Shown here: positions 19,447-32,739 of the stretch, in pieces | Numbering within the stretch: position 1 is the stretch's first letter | Layout: the number at the start of each line of letters is the position of its first letter | From: Candidatus Marinacidobacterales bacterium | GTDB lineage: Bacteria > Acidobacteriota > Vicinamibacteria > Marinacidobacterales > DATDRI01 | NCBI GenBank assembly: GCA_965226495.1 | Contig: OZ245365.1 | Coordinates: 4,864,001 to 4,928,000 of the forward strand | DNA: 64,000 nt | Reading direction: 5' to 3' | Position numbers and translations under genes: made by a program | The notes under the pieces: model-generated | Told to the model about the DNA's origin: nothing | What the model saw: only the letters and a program-made list of their open reading frames with translations | The model's database searches: none

Positions 19447-21450
19447 ATGAAAACGTTGGCCGGAGCTCTAGTTCTCTTTTGCACGCCCGGCTGTAGCGTC
19501 GCACCGCACGATATCGACATCGAACCACTGAAAGAAGAGGAACGCCCGGACGAGCGCAAGGTTGAGACCGGCCTGGTCGAGTCGCTAGGAATGGCGCCCG
19601 GATTCGAGGACTTCGACCTCGAAAAAAACCGGGATCGAAGCTACCACCCCAACCTGGAGCTTTTGAAAGTGCTGGTGTCTTATGGTCCGAGCGAAGATCC
19701 GCGCGTCGTATTCTTGCTCGTCTCGTTCTATTTGAGCGCGAATCAGCAGGAAGACGGTATCGCCTACTTCGAGACGTTTCTCGAGCGGTACGCGAACCAA
19801 CTTTCTGGCACTGTGAAGGCCCACCACCTCACGGCCTACGCCATCCTGCGGGCGACGTTCGCCGAACGGGTTCCACTGTGGAAGCGTATCGGCTGGGTCA
19901 ACGATACCAGTAGGATACTCGACGAGGCCGACCAGCTGACCGAAGGCCGCGACTTCCTCGTCCATTGGGCCACCGGGGTTATCTTTGCGGAGTACCCACG
20001 CTTTTTCGGCAAAACCGGCCAAGCGTTGGAGCACCTGAACTGGACGTTGGAGCATCCTGAGCTCGAGCCCGCCGTCGGGTTCTACCGAGAGGTCCACCGG
20101 CACCTGTCCGCGTTACAGGAACGGGCCGGCGACAAGGAGGCAGCTAGCAGGCACCTGGCGCTGAGCGGCTATACCGACTCGAGTAGCAAGTCGCTGATGA
20201 TGGGACCGTTCATGACCACCAGAGAAGACGGCACCATCATGCACGCAACCCGGAAGGTCGTGGAGATCGTTCCGGGCTCGGTCTACGTCGTTCGGGGCTT
20301 TGGTTTCTCGGACTTGAGCTTCGTGATCTCGCAGGACGGAAACGAGCTCATCGCGATCGACGCGGGCACGCAGCCTTTCAGCACCAAGGCGGCCTACGAG
20401 CTGTTCGAGCGGAAGTATCCCCAACATCCGCCACTCACGACGGTATTGGTGACTCATGCGCACTGGGACCACATCGGTGGGCACACGTTCTTCCGAGGGC
20501 TGAATCCTGACGTCCAGTTCTACGGGCGTGGGAATTACGGCAGAGTCCTCGAAGACGTCCAGCGACGCCACTCGTTCGTGCAGTTCCGGAGTGGGCGCTT
20601 CGAAAATGCGTGGGTCGAGGGCTACGCCCCGGACGTCATTATTAGTGGGGACGCCCCGAACCGAATGACCATCGACGGGAGCGGCGTCGAGCCAATTCCC
20701 ATCGGTGGAGGGGAGACCGAGGATGCCCTGGCGTTCTTCTTTCCGGAGCTCTCGGCGATCTTCGTGGGCGATTTCATGATGCCGTACTACGGCGAGCCGT
20801 GGGTCGAAGAAGGCTCGGTCGAGGAACTGCTAGACGCCATGACCGCGGTGGTCGAGCGGGATCCGAAGTTCGTGCTCCATGGGCACTTCCCTCTCACGTG
20901 GCTCTACCAGGCTCGGGAGATCGAACTTCTTCAACCCGACCTCCAGTGGCTCGCGAGCGCCGTGCTGGAGCACGTCCGCCGTGGTTATTCGAGAGTCGAC
21001 ATCGAGCGATTGAACCTGATCCCTCCGGGCATTCAGGATCGCCCCCAGACGTTCCTCGGCTATACGAACGCGCGGCAGCACCTCCCCGGACGCCTGCACG
21101 ATCAGGCGGTGGGAATTTGGGAAGAAGACATCACCGGCACGGACTTGAAGGGTTTGGACTCGCTGAGCCATGTCGAATACGGGAGGCTTCTCGGGCGCTA
21201 TCTGGAACTTTCCGTCGGTGACGTTGCGAAGGGGCTTCGTCGCATGATCGACCACGGTGACAACGAGCTTGCTTTGAAAATGGCCTTGGCCGCTGAACGC
21301 TACTACGGGGACAACGCCCGAATTCGAGAGCTCAAGATCGAGGCCGCCGACCAATTGCGGAGCGAGAACCAATTCATTAACCCATTCAAGTACACGGTCT
21401 ACTCGGAGATCATCGGCAAAGAGGAACGCCACGTGTCGGGCCCCAAGTGA
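19447..21450 (+). CDS. MBL-fold hydrolase (alkyl-sulfatase-like) with N-terminal TPR-like region
   Basis: IDAG, THAHWDHIGG, GGETED and HGH motifs. Confidence 0.82.
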   Translation: MKTLAGALVLFCTPGCSVAPHDIDIEPLKEEERPDERKVETGLVESLGMAPGFEDFDLEKNRDRSYHPNLELLKVLVSYGPSEDPRVVFLLVSFYLSANQQEDGIAYFETFLERYANQLSGTVKAHHLTAYAILRATFAERVPLWKRIGWVNDTSRILDEADQLTEGRDFLVHWATGVIFAEYPRFFGKTGQALEHLNWTLEHPELEPAVGFYREVHRHLSALQERAGDKEAASRHLALSGYTDSSSKSLMMGPFMTTREDGTIMHATRKVVEIVPGSVYVVRGFGFSDLSFVISQDGNELIAIDAGTQPFSTKAAYELFERKYPQHPPLTTVLVTHAHWDHIGGHTFFRGLNPDVQFYGRGNYGRVLEDVQRRHSFVQFRSGRFENAWVEGYAPDVIISGDAPNRMTIDGSGVEPIPIGGGETEDALAFFFPELSAIFVGDFMMPYYGEPWVEEGSVEELLDAMTAVVERDPKFVLHGHFPLTWLYQAREIELLQPDLQWLASAVLEHVRRGYSRVDIERLNLIPPGIQDRPQTFLGYTNARQHLPGRLHDQAVGIWEEDITGTDLKGLDSLSHVEYGRLLGRYLELSVGDVAKGLRRMIDHGDNELALKMALAAERYYGDNARIRELKIEAADQLRSENQFINPFKYTVYSEIIGKEERHVSGPK

Positions 21451-21524
21451 ACGGAGAGTCGAACTGAACATGGGCGACGCGCCTTGCCGTCAGAAAAGGC
21501 CGTGGACTAAATAGCGGAGGGGAC

Positions 21525-22489
21525 ATGACGGAAACGTGGGCAGTGATCCTAGCTGGCTTGATGCTGGCCCTCGTTGGGACTGTACTTCTCTCATATCTCA
21601 TTGAGGCCTTCCGTGCGGCGCCCGAGACACCGACGCAGCTCGAGTGGGATCCCCAGATCCCGATCCGATACGTGGAAGTCAATGGCATCAAGCTCCGCTA
21701 CATCACGGTCGGGAAAGGACCGCCGTTGCTGTTGGCACATACACTTCGGACGCAGCTGGATCTTTTTCAGAAGGTAATCCCACGACTATCCCAACACTTC
21801 ACGGTCTATGCCTTCGATTACCCAGGGCATGGATTCTCCGACATCCCTAAAGTCGAGTACACGCCGGTTTTTTTGCGGAGTCCCTGAGTAAGTTTCTGGA
21901 AGCGATGGATGTCAGGGATGCCATTGTGGTGGGAGAGTCCATCGGTGGCACACTCTCGCTGCTGCTCGCCGCGAAACAAAACCCGCGGGTCAAGAAGGCC
22001 ATCGCCATAAACCCCTACGACTACGACAAGGGTCGGGGAATCATGAGAGGCTCCTGGGTCTCGAAGTTACTCTTTTCGTTGAACAATGTTCCCGTCGTCG
22101 GGGCGACCAACTGGCGCCTTCGTTCGCTGATCGTGTTTCGGATGATCATGCAAAGTGGCGTGTACCACGATGACGCGCTGCCAACCGCACTGTTAAAGGA
22201 AATGAATGGCGTTGGCAACCGCCCGCATCACTATCAGGCCTTCATGTCGCTGGTGCGTCATTTTCCTGAGTGGGAAGAAGCCCGCGCAGATTACGGGAAC
22301 GTGAAGATCCCTGTGCTCTTGATCTATGGCGACCATGATTGGTCGCGGCCGGGAGAGCGCGAAGCCAATCACGAAGCGATCCGCGGGGCAAAAATGACGA
22401 TGATCAAAAATGCAGGTCACTTTCTATCCGTGGATGTCCCCGACGAGACGGTCCGGCGAATCCTAGATTTCGGTGAGGAAGACGCCTAA
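21525..22489 (+). pseudogene. Alpha/beta hydrolase, frameshifted at a T7 run near 21868-21874
   Basis: DYPGHGFS in 21525-21887. GESIGG, GDHD and AGHF in 21905-22489. Confidence 0.8.
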
Positions 22490-22547
22490 CGCGTAAAATT
22501 GGCGCCCACGAAGCGAAAATCGACCCGCAGGGAAATTGGAGGATTAA

Positions 22548-23000
22548 ATGGCAACGGTCACCGCTAGTCTTCGTTCTGGCACACGAGCAACCATCACCGC
22601 GCGGCAATTCGTCTGGGTGGGGGACGAACCCCCTGGCGCTGGCGGGACCGACAAGGGACCCAACCCCTACGAAATCCTGCTGGGAGCCCTGGCCGCCTGC
22701 ATCGCGATCACCCTACGGGTGTACGCAGACTACAAGGGGATCTCGCTCGAGGGCGTGGATGTGGCTCTGGAGTACGACCGCGTGCACGCGGACGATTGCG
22801 CTGAATGCATGGAACCAAAGAGCGGAATGCTCGAGGTCATCAGGTCTCAGGTAAAGATCCACGGTTCGTTCAACGACGCGCAGCGAAAGCGTCTCGCCCA
22901 GGTCGCCGAGAGATGCCCGGTACACAAGACGCTCACCAACGGAGTCCAGATTCTGGACACCGTGACCTTTGAAGACAATGGGGAAGAACCTACCCCATGA
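22548..23000 (+). CDS. OsmC/Ohr family protein (YhfA-like)
   Basis: DEP-GG-GPNPYE-LL-AL-AC and CPVHKTL motifs. Confidence 0.9.
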   Translation: MATVTASLRSGTRATITARQFVWVGDEPPGAGGTDKGPNPYEILLGALAACIAITLRVYADYKGISLEGVDVALEYDRVHADDCAECMEPKSGMLEVIRSQVKIHGSFNDAQRKRLAQVAERCPVHKTLTNGVQILDTVTFEDNGEEPTP

Positions 23001-23033
23001 ATGTTTAGGGCGGCGCCAAAAGGAGAATAACCC

Positions 23034-24164
23034 ATGTCCATCAAACCGAGAATCCTCGTCACATCCGCAGCCGGACACACTGGAGCGGCGGCAGTCACCG
23101 ATCTATTGAAGAAGGGCTTTCGCGTGCGTGCCTTCGTTCGTCGGGAAGACGCGCGCTCGGATCGGCTACGACAGGCCGGCGCCGAGATCTTTGTTGGCGA
23201 TCTGTACGATATGGGCGACATCCGTCGGTCGCTGGTCGACGTGCAGCGCGCCTATCACGTTCCGCCCTTCGCGCCCAATTTGCTGCATGGGACCATGTTG
23301 TTTGCGCTGGCGGCGGAAGAGGCCAGGCTCGAGACCCTGGCGTTGATGAGTGAATGGAACCCGCACCCGAGCCATCCAGCCCCGCTGACCCGCGAGCACT
23401 GGATCGCCAACAACATCGTCCGCTGGATGCCGACCGTCGACGTGACCTACGTCAACCCGGGAATCTTCGCCTTCTTGTACTTCCTCGGGCTGCCGGCAAT
23501 GAAGCACCTCGGGCTGCTCGCGCTGCCGTACGGCGACGGTCTGAACGCTCCGCCGTCCAACGAGGACATCGGGGCGGTTGCCGCGGGTGTGTTGGCCGAG
23601 CCCGCGAAACACATCGGCAAGACCTATCGCCCCACCGGGCCCCAGCTGATTTCCCCTGAGGACTGCGCAGAGATTTTCACGCGCGTGCTCGGTAGGAAGG
23701 TTCGCTACCGCGACATCTCGACGAACATGTTCGTGAAGGCCGCCATTGCTCAGGGAATCAGTCCCTTCGAGGTGTCGCAGATGCGCCAGTTCGTAGAAGA
23801 GTTTCGGCGCGGCGTGTTCGCGGTGGGCGCGCCCACGAACCATGTCGAGGAGGTCACCGGCCGTCCGGCGGAGGATTTCGAGTCGATCGCGCGCCGCTAC
23901 GTGAACAACCCCGGGTTGATCTTACACGGCTACTCCGCCGGGACAAAGCTGGGCGCCATCGTCGGCATGGTGAAGATGATGCTGACCCCTCTGCCCGACT
24001 TCGACCGCTGGGAATCTGAGCGTGGGCACCCGATGCTCGCCGAACCGAAGTTCGCGATCGACAACCCGGAATGGATGGTGTCCGCAGAGCAGCAGAAGCT
24101 GGCGCTGCTGAATCCGAGCACCAGCTCGGAGCAGACCGCACCGCGCCGAGTGAAATCCGTCTGA
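23034..24164 (+). CDS. NmrA-like NAD(P)-binding protein
   Basis: N-terminal ILVTSAAGHTG, VRAFVR and EDIGAVAA motifs. Confidence 0.85.
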   Translation: MSIKPRILVTSAAGHTGAAAVTDLLKKGFRVRAFVRREDARSDRLRQAGAEIFVGDLYDMGDIRRSLVDVQRAYHVPPFAPNLLHGTMLFALAAEEARLETLALMSEWNPHPSHPAPLTREHWIANNIVRWMPTVDVTYVNPGIFAFLYFLGLPAMKHLGLLALPYGDGLNAPPSNEDIGAVAAGVLAEPAKHIGKTYRPTGPQLISPEDCAEIFTRVLGRKVRYRDISTNMFVKAAIAQGISPFEVSQMRQFVEEFRRGVFAVGAPTNHVEEVTGRPAEDFESIARRYVNNPGLILHGYSAGTKLGAIVGMVKMMLTPLPDFDRWESERGHPMLAEPKFAIDNPEWMVSAEQQKLALLNPSTSSEQTAPRRVKSV

Positions 24165-24213
24165 GGACAGGAAGCGATAGAGCCGTAGCCTCCCCGAGCA
24201 CCAAACGGGACGC

Positions 24214-24528
24214 CTATTCTTCGGCGGTTTCTCGAGCAGCGAGGATGGCACGAACTAGATCTTCGGGGACTTCTTCAGGAACCTGCTCGTCCGAATGCCG
24301 AAAGACCGCCTTGCCGAGCGCGATCGCTTGGGTGTACGAGGCGAGATAGTCCCGACACTCCCGGCAAACGAGGAGATGCAGCTTGAACACGAATCGCTGC
24401 CGCGAAGGAAGCGTGCCGTCGAGGTAGCCGACGACGAACTCCTCGAGCGCCCGGCAGGTGATCATCAAAGGGACATTTTGTTGCAGGAACCCGCGGAGCT
24501 TGCGCGTCAATGTCAATGGCACACTCAT
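24214..24528 (-). CDS. Zinc-binding (zf-HC2) anti-sigma factor
   Basis: ITC...YLDG...HLLVCRECRDY (HxxxCxxC). Overlaps the sigma factor stop. Confidence 0.88.
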   Translation of the reverse strand: MSVPLTLTRKLRGFLQQNVPLMITCRALEEFVVGYLDGTLPSRQRFVFKLHLLVCRECRDYLASYTQAIALGKAVFRHSDEQVPEEVPEDLVRAILAARETAEE

Positions 24529-25289
24529 AACGATCCTCTAGGAATGACGGTTTCGAGCAGCTTCTTGAGGGCCGCCCGAGCTCGGTGCAGCCTGGTCTTT
24601 ACCGCGCCTGGATTGATTTGCAGAATCTCCGCGGTCTCTTGGGTGTCGAGCTCTTCGATATCTCGGAGCAGCAGTACGGCGCGGTAATCGTCCGGAAGCG
24701 TGTCGATCGCCTTCCTGACTGCATCTCGAGTCTCTTTATCGCTTACCAATGTCTCTACGGATTCTCGTGAGTGATGACCTCTTGTCTCGATACGGCATTG
24801 ATAGTCGTCGAACTCGGGCATGAACTCGTCCAGCGAGCCTTCGGGCCGATGGCGCCGCGACCGGAGCTTCAAAAAGGCACTGTTGACGACGATGCGGTGG
24901 AGCCACGTCCAGACTGTGGAGCGCCCCTCGAAGCGCTCGATGTTCCTGAAAGCCTGAAGAAAAGCCTCTTGCACGCAGTCGCGTGCGTCTTCGGGGTCGC
25001 CCATAATACGGGTCGCGACACTGAGCATCTTGCCGCCGTAGCGACGGACAAGCTCCTCGTAGCTTCTGTCGTCACCGGCCCGGAGTCCCTTTAGCAGCTC
25101 CGGCGGCTCTGTTCGCGGTTTATCGGCTATCGAACCCATCGTTTTGGACGCTGGCTGGTCGGTTATGGCAACCCGTTTCCGCCTTGCGGTATCAGAAGAG
25201 ATGGCGGCGGAAGGCCGGATGAAACTCCGAAGTCTGGCGGCAATTGTAGCTCGTCGGCGTCTTCCGCTGCCACCAACGAATTCCGCCAC
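24525..25289 (-). CDS. ECF sigma-70 factor
   Basis: Region 2 DCVQEAFL...TWLHRIVVN and region 4 VKTRLHRAR. True start is probably near 25139-25172. Confidence 0.9.
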   Translation of the reverse strand: MAEFVGGSGRRRRATIAARLRSFIRPSAAISSDTARRKRVAITDQPASKTMGSIADKPRTEPPELLKGLRAGDDRSYEELVRRYGGKMLSVATRIMGDPEDARDCVQEAFLQAFRNIERFEGRSTVWTWLHRIVVNSAFLKLRSRRHRPEGSLDEFMPEFDDYQCRIETRGHHSRESVETLVSDKETRDAVRKAIDTLPDDYRAVLLLRDIEELDTQETAEILQINPGAVKTRLHRARAALKKLLETVIPRGSL

Positions 25290-25301
25290 GAAGGAGGATC
25301 T

Positions 25302-27320
25302 TTGGCACGACGTGCGAAACCTCTAAGACAGGCCGCTCCGGCTACCGGCATGCCAATGCTGAGGTTGGGCCGTTCCGCGTGCGGGAACCTTGACGTCAGC
25401 CACCGCCGCGAATGGCTTGTCACGAACGGAATCGGTGGCTATGCCTCAGGTACGGTAGCAAGTCTCAACACGCGTCGCTATCACGGTGTCCTGGTGGCTG
25501 CGCTTCGCCCCCCGGTAGGCCGCACCGTCTTGGTTTCCAAGCTCGATGCCACCGTCTCATATCGCGGAGAGACCTACCCCCTCTTTGGCAACGAGTTCGC
25601 CGACGGCACCGTCGACCCTCACGGCTACAAGCACATCGAGACCTTCGAGCTCGAAGGCTTGATTCCTGTTTGGCGCTACGCATTTTCTGATGCGCTCCTC
25701 GAGCTTCGATTGTGGATGGCGTATGGTCGGAACACGACCTACGTCACCTACTCCCGCACGCGAGGTAGCGCCCCTATGGAGCTCTCCATTTCACCGCTGT
25801 GTACGTACCGGGACTTTCACGGCCACAGCCAGGGAGGTTGGGAGCCTGGGCTGCGCACCAGCGGTGGTGGGTTCGAGCTCACCGCGTTCGACGGTGCTCA
25901 GCCTTATCGGGTCGTTGCCCACCGCGCCGACTTCGAGGAACGTCGAGATTGGCACTGGCAGTTCAAACATCGTCTGGAGACCTATCGGGGCCTCGATGAC
26001 ACGGAAGACCTTTTTCGGCCGGGCGAGTTTCATACCCAGCTCGGCGAGGGGGATTCCGTCACCCTGGTTTGCTCCGCGGAGACGGCAAAGCCTGCAAGTG
26101 GAAAGGCTGCGCTCTCGGCCGAGCGAGCGCGGCAGCAAGCGCTTCTCCGAGGCTGTCCGACAGATGATCCCGTTCGAAGGCGCTTGACTCTTGCCGCAGA
26201 CCAGTTCGTGGTTCGTCGCTCTCGGGGCCAGGACGTAGGTGCGACCATCATCGCAGGATATCCCTGGTTTGGAGATTGGGGTCGGGACACGATGATCGCC
26301 TTACAGGGGCTGACGCTCTCGAGCGGTCGCGCGACGCTTGCCGCCGAGATCCTGAAGACCTTCGCCGCACACGTCAGCGAGGGCATGTTGCCCAACCGCT
26401 TTCCGGAAGTGGGAGAACAGCCCGAGTACAACACCGTCGATGCGACGCTTTGGTATTTCGTCGCCGTTTATGAGCATCTGCTCTCGACGGATGACCTCGG
26501 TCTTGCGAAAGAGCTATTCCCCGTCCTGGCCGAGATCGTCGAAGCGCATCGTCGCGGGACGCGCTACGAGATTCACGTCGATCCCGACGACGATCTTCTT
26601 TACGCGGGGGAGTCTGGAGTTCAGCTCACATGGATGGACGCCAAGGTAGGTGATTGGGTGGTCACCCCTCGAATTGGCAAGCCGGTCGAAATCAACGCTC
26701 TCTGGTACAACGCTCTACGCATCGTGGCCGAGCTCGCGCGCCGCCTGCGGAAGCACAAAGTCGCTCGAGAGTATGGGGCAGCAGCAGAACGCGTGCGAGG
26801 CTCCTTCGAGAAGCGTTTCTGGTACCAAGAGAAAGGATACTTGTACGATGTCGTGGATGGACCCGATGGCGACGATGCATCGCTTAGGCCTAACCAGATT
26901 TTCGCGCTCTCGCTTCCTTTCCCGCTCGTCAGTCCCAATGGCGAGAAAGCGCGGTCGGTGGTGGATGCCTGTGGTCGGGAGCTCTATACGCCCCACGGCC
27001 TAAGGACCCTCGCCCCGAGCGATTCGAGCTACGTCGGCGTTTACAGAGGGGGTCCGCGGGAACGTGACGGAGCCTATCATCAAGGAACGGCGTGGCCGTG
27101 GCTTCTCGGCCCTTTCGCGACCGCCCACCACAGAGCCTATGGCGATGCCGAGCTCGCGCGCTCTTTCCTCGCATCCATGGAGACGCATCTACTCGAGGCC
27201 GGGATTGGTTCGATCAGCGAAATCTTTGACGGTGATCCCCCGCAGGATGCGCGGGGGTGTTACGCCCAAGCCTGGAGTATTGCCGAAGTACTCCGCGCCT
27301 GGATCGATCTAGACCAGTGA
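25302..27320 (+). CDS. Glycogen debranching enzyme (amylo-alpha-1,6-glucosidase family)
   Basis: EWLVTNGIGGYA, IAGYPWFGDWGRD, TWMDAK, YHQG and QAWS motifs. Confidence 0.92.
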   Translation: MARRAKPLRQAAPATGMPMLRLGRSACGNLDVSHRREWLVTNGIGGYASGTVASLNTRRYHGVLVAALRPPVGRTVLVSKLDATVSYRGETYPLFGNEFADGTVDPHGYKHIETFELEGLIPVWRYAFSDALLELRLWMAYGRNTTYVTYSRTRGSAPMELSISPLCTYRDFHGHSQGGWEPGLRTSGGGFELTAFDGAQPYRVVAHRADFEERRDWHWQFKHRLETYRGLDDTEDLFRPGEFHTQLGEGDSVTLVCSAETAKPASGKAALSAERARQQALLRGCPTDDPVRRRLTLAADQFVVRRSRGQDVGATIIAGYPWFGDWGRDTMIALQGLTLSSGRATLAAEILKTFAAHVSEGMLPNRFPEVGEQPEYNTVDATLWYFVAVYEHLLSTDDLGLAKELFPVLAEIVEAHRRGTRYEIHVDPDDDLLYAGESGVQLTWMDAKVGDWVVTPRIGKPVEINALWYNALRIVAELARRLRKHKVAREYGAAAERVRGSFEKRFWYQEKGYLYDVVDGPDGDDASLRPNQIFALSLPFPLVSPNGEKARSVVDACGRELYTPHGLRTLAPSDSSYVGVYRGGPRERDGAYHQGTAWPWLLGPFATAHHRAYGDAELARSFLASMETHLLEAGIGSISEIFDGDPPQDARGCYAQAWSIAEVLRAWIDLDQ

Positions 27321-27328
27321 GGATCTGA

Positions 27329-30019
<2,691 letters not shown>

Positions 30020-30031
30020 ATGGCACGTTCT

Positions 30032-30100
30032 ATATTCGACCGCAGCTCGTACAACCGCGCAGGCGTCGAGAGGGTGATGGGATTTGCCACCAAAAAGGAG
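30032..30100 (+). pseudogene. Tiny relic of a polyphosphate kinase 2 gene
   Basis: Translates to IFDRSSYNRAGVERVMGFATKKE, matching the PPK2 motif FDRSWYNRAGVERVMGF. Confidence 0.65.
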
Positions 30101-30149
30101 ACCCACGTGCGATCTCTCAAGACTGATCAGACCATGGTCAAGGATTAGT

Positions 30150-31001
30150 ATGCCTGACGCGAGCCTTCTCCAATTCTGGTGGGTTTTTCCGGCCGCCGTC
30201 GTGTTCTCGACCATCGCCATCGGTTCTGGTGTCTCCGGTGCTTTGTTCTTCAGCCCCTTCTTTATGCTGGCCGTAGGATTGAACCCGGCGCAGGCCGTAG
30301 GAGCAGGTCTTCTCACCGAGGTCTTTGGCATGGGAAACGGGCTTCGGGCCTACGTCAGCGCCAAGCTCGTCGACTACGCGACAGCCAAGTGGCTCTTGTT
30401 TGGTGCCATACCCGGCGTCATTGCGGGCTCGATCGCCGCGGATGCGGTCCCGAGCAACGTTCTCAAATTGATCTTCGGTACAGGCTTGCTCGTTCTAGCG
30501 GGCTTTCTCATCTTGGTACGGACACCGGAGGAGTGTGAGCCCGGTGATCGGCGGTCGGAGTTGATCGAACAGAAATCCAAGGGGAAAGGAACCACCATCA
30601 TCCGCGCCACGGACGGATCCGTTTATGAATACCCGACCTGCTGGAGGCCGCCAGGCGTCACGCTGGCCGCCCTCGGCGGGGTTCTTACCGGAATGATCAG
30701 CGCCGGTCTTCCCGAAATCTCGACCACCCAGCTCGTTGCCCGCTGCGGAGTGCCTCCCCGCGTTGCCATCGCGACGAGCGTCTTCACCCTCGCGATCGTT
30801 GCGGCCTTGGGCGCGGCAGTCCACGCGCTTCACGCTCAGCCCGTCTGGCACGTGGTCGCCTGGAGCATACCGGGGGTTCTTCTAGGAAGCACGATCGGCA
30901 GTCGTGTTGGCAAGCACCTTCCCGCCAAGGCGATGGAGAAGGCTCTCGGCGCCGTATTCGCCTTCGTCGGGCTCTTGGTGCTCGTTCTAGCGTTTTACTA
31001 G
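30150..31001 (+). CDS. TauE/SafE (TSUP) family membrane transporter
   Basis: GSGVSGALFFSP, VAIATS and multiple TM helices. Start at MPDASLL. Confidence 0.85.
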   Translation: MPDASLLQFWWVFPAAVVFSTIAIGSGVSGALFFSPFFMLAVGLNPAQAVGAGLLTEVFGMGNGLRAYVSAKLVDYATAKWLLFGAIPGVIAGSIAADAVPSNVLKLIFGTGLLVLAGFLILVRTPEECEPGDRRSELIEQKSKGKGTTIIRATDGSVYEYPTCWRPPGVTLAALGGVLTGMISAGLPEISTTQLVARCGVPPRVAIATSVFTLAIVAALGAAVHALHAQPVWHVVAWSIPGVLLGSTIGSRVGKHLPAKAMEKALGAVFAFVGLLVLVLAFY

Positions 31002-31109
31002 TCCATCAGTGGGCAAGGGACTTGCCCCTGTAACCTTTCTTGCCATTACGGCATACACTACTCGCGCAGCGCGGGCGTCCCTTTCCCGGCAAGTCGGAGG
31101 AAATACCCA

Positions 31110-32660
31110 ATGACGGAGAGCCTTCTAGAAAAACCCCAACCCTCGTTCACTATCGAGCCCTGGGACGAGCACAACCGGGTCACCGCCGAGAACGTCCATC
31201 CTAGCGATTGGGTAAATCCCAAACCCGAGGGACGCTACAACCTCGTCGTTGTCGGTGCCGGCACAGCGGGTCTGGTCTCCGCAATCGGGGCCGCCGGTCT
31301 CGGCGCGAAGGTGGCTCTCGTCGAGAAACACCTTATGGGGGGCGACTGTCTGAACGTGGGTTGTGTTCCGTCCAAGGCACTCATCCGCGCGGCCCGGGTG
31401 GCCGCCGACTCGCGTCGCGGAGCGGAGTTCGGGGTTCGAATCGGTGGGGTCGAGGTCGATTTCCCGCTCGTCATGGAGAGAATGAGAAAGCTGAGGGCGC
31501 GCATCAGCGCCAACGACTCGGTTCGGCGGTACACAAAGGCGGGAGTCGATGTTTTCATCGGCGCCGGAAAGTTCACGGGACGTGACAGCATACAGGTCGG
31601 TAGCGACACGCTACGTTTCTCACGAGCCGTCATCGCGACGGGTGCACGTGCGGTAGCCCCTCCTATCGAAGGGCTCGAGGAGGCCGGGTACCTTACGAAC
31701 GAGACCGTATTCTCTCTTACCGAGCTGCCGCGGCGGCTCATCGTCATCGGCGCGGGTCCCATCGGCGTGGAGCTCTCCCAGGCTTTTGCGCGATTCGGAT
31801 CGGAGGTGCATCTTCTGGAGGCGGCCGGCCAGATACTCACTCGGGAAGATCGCGACGCCGCCGAGCGCGTCGAGGCCGCCCTAAAGGCCGATGGCGTTCG
31901 GATCGTTTCCGGCTGCGGCATCAAGAGAGTAACCACGACGGAGGCCGGTAAGGTGGTGGAGCTCGATGGCAAGGGCGAATGCCAAAGCATTCTTGCCGAC
32001 GAGATCTTGGTTGGTGTCGGTCGCGCACCGAATGTGGAGGGTATCGGGCTCGAATCGGCTGGGGTCGACTACCATCCCCGCAGCGGTATCGTCGTCGACG
32101 ACCATCTTCAAACCACCAATCCTAAGATTTTCGCCGCCGGCGATTGTTGCTTTCGGTACAAGTTCACGCACACGGCTGACGCGGTCGCTCGTATCGTCAT
32201 CCAGAACGCGCTATTTGGCTTCCCTTTCATGAAAAAGAAAGCGAGCGCTCTGACGATTCCCTGGTGCACTTTCACTGACCCAGAAATCGCGCATGTCGGG
32301 ATGTACGAGCAAGAAGCCCGGGATAAAGGGATCCCGGTCCAGACGTTCATCTACGAGCTCAACGAAGTCGATCGCGCCATTCTGGACGGCGCCGACAAGG
32401 GCTTCGTCAAGGTGCACGTCAAAGAGGGAACGGATCAAATCCTGGGAGCCACAATCGTCGCAGAGCACGCCGGCGAAATGTTGAATGAGCTGACGTTGGC
32501 CATCAACGCCGGACTCGGCCTCGGAAGCATTGCCAATACCATCCACCCTTACCCGACCCAGGCGGAGTGCATCAAGCGGGTTGCAGATGCCTTCAACCGT
32601 ACGCGCTTGACGCCCACAGTGAAGGGCCTATTTGCCAAGTGGTTGTCGTGGAGTCGATGA
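31110..32660 (+). CDS. Flavoprotein disulfide reductase (mercuric reductase/dihydrolipoamide dehydrogenase-like)
   Basis: GAGTAG, GGDCLNVGCVPSK, GAGPIG and HPYPT motifs. Confidence 0.9.
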   Translation: MTESLLEKPQPSFTIEPWDEHNRVTAENVHPSDWVNPKPEGRYNLVVVGAGTAGLVSAIGAAGLGAKVALVEKHLMGGDCLNVGCVPSKALIRAARVAADSRRGAEFGVRIGGVEVDFPLVMERMRKLRARISANDSVRRYTKAGVDVFIGAGKFTGRDSIQVGSDTLRFSRAVIATGARAVAPPIEGLEEAGYLTNETVFSLTELPRRLIVIGAGPIGVELSQAFARFGSEVHLLEAAGQILTREDRDAAERVEAALKADGVRIVSGCGIKRVTTTEAGKVVELDGKGECQSILADEILVGVGRAPNVEGIGLESAGVDYHPRSGIVVDDHLQTTNPKIFAAGDCCFRYKFTHTADAVARIVIQNALFGFPFMKKKASALTIPWCTFTDPEIAHVGMYEQEARDKGIPVQTFIYELNEVDRAILDGADKGFVKVHVKEGTDQILGATIVAEHAGEMLNELTLAINAGLGLGSIANTIHPYPTQAECIKRVADAFNRTRLTPTVKGLFAKWLSWSR

Positions 32661-32739
32661 ACCGGACTCCGCACTCCATTGGTTTTTTTACTGCCGGACG
32701 GACGGCGGCTATCCAATCCCTATGAGCAACTGATTCTTC

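Noticed and set aside
31110-32660. True mercury resistance gene merA
   Set aside because: Lacks the C-terminal Cys-Cys pair and the N-terminal metal-binding domain. No merR, merT or merP nearby.
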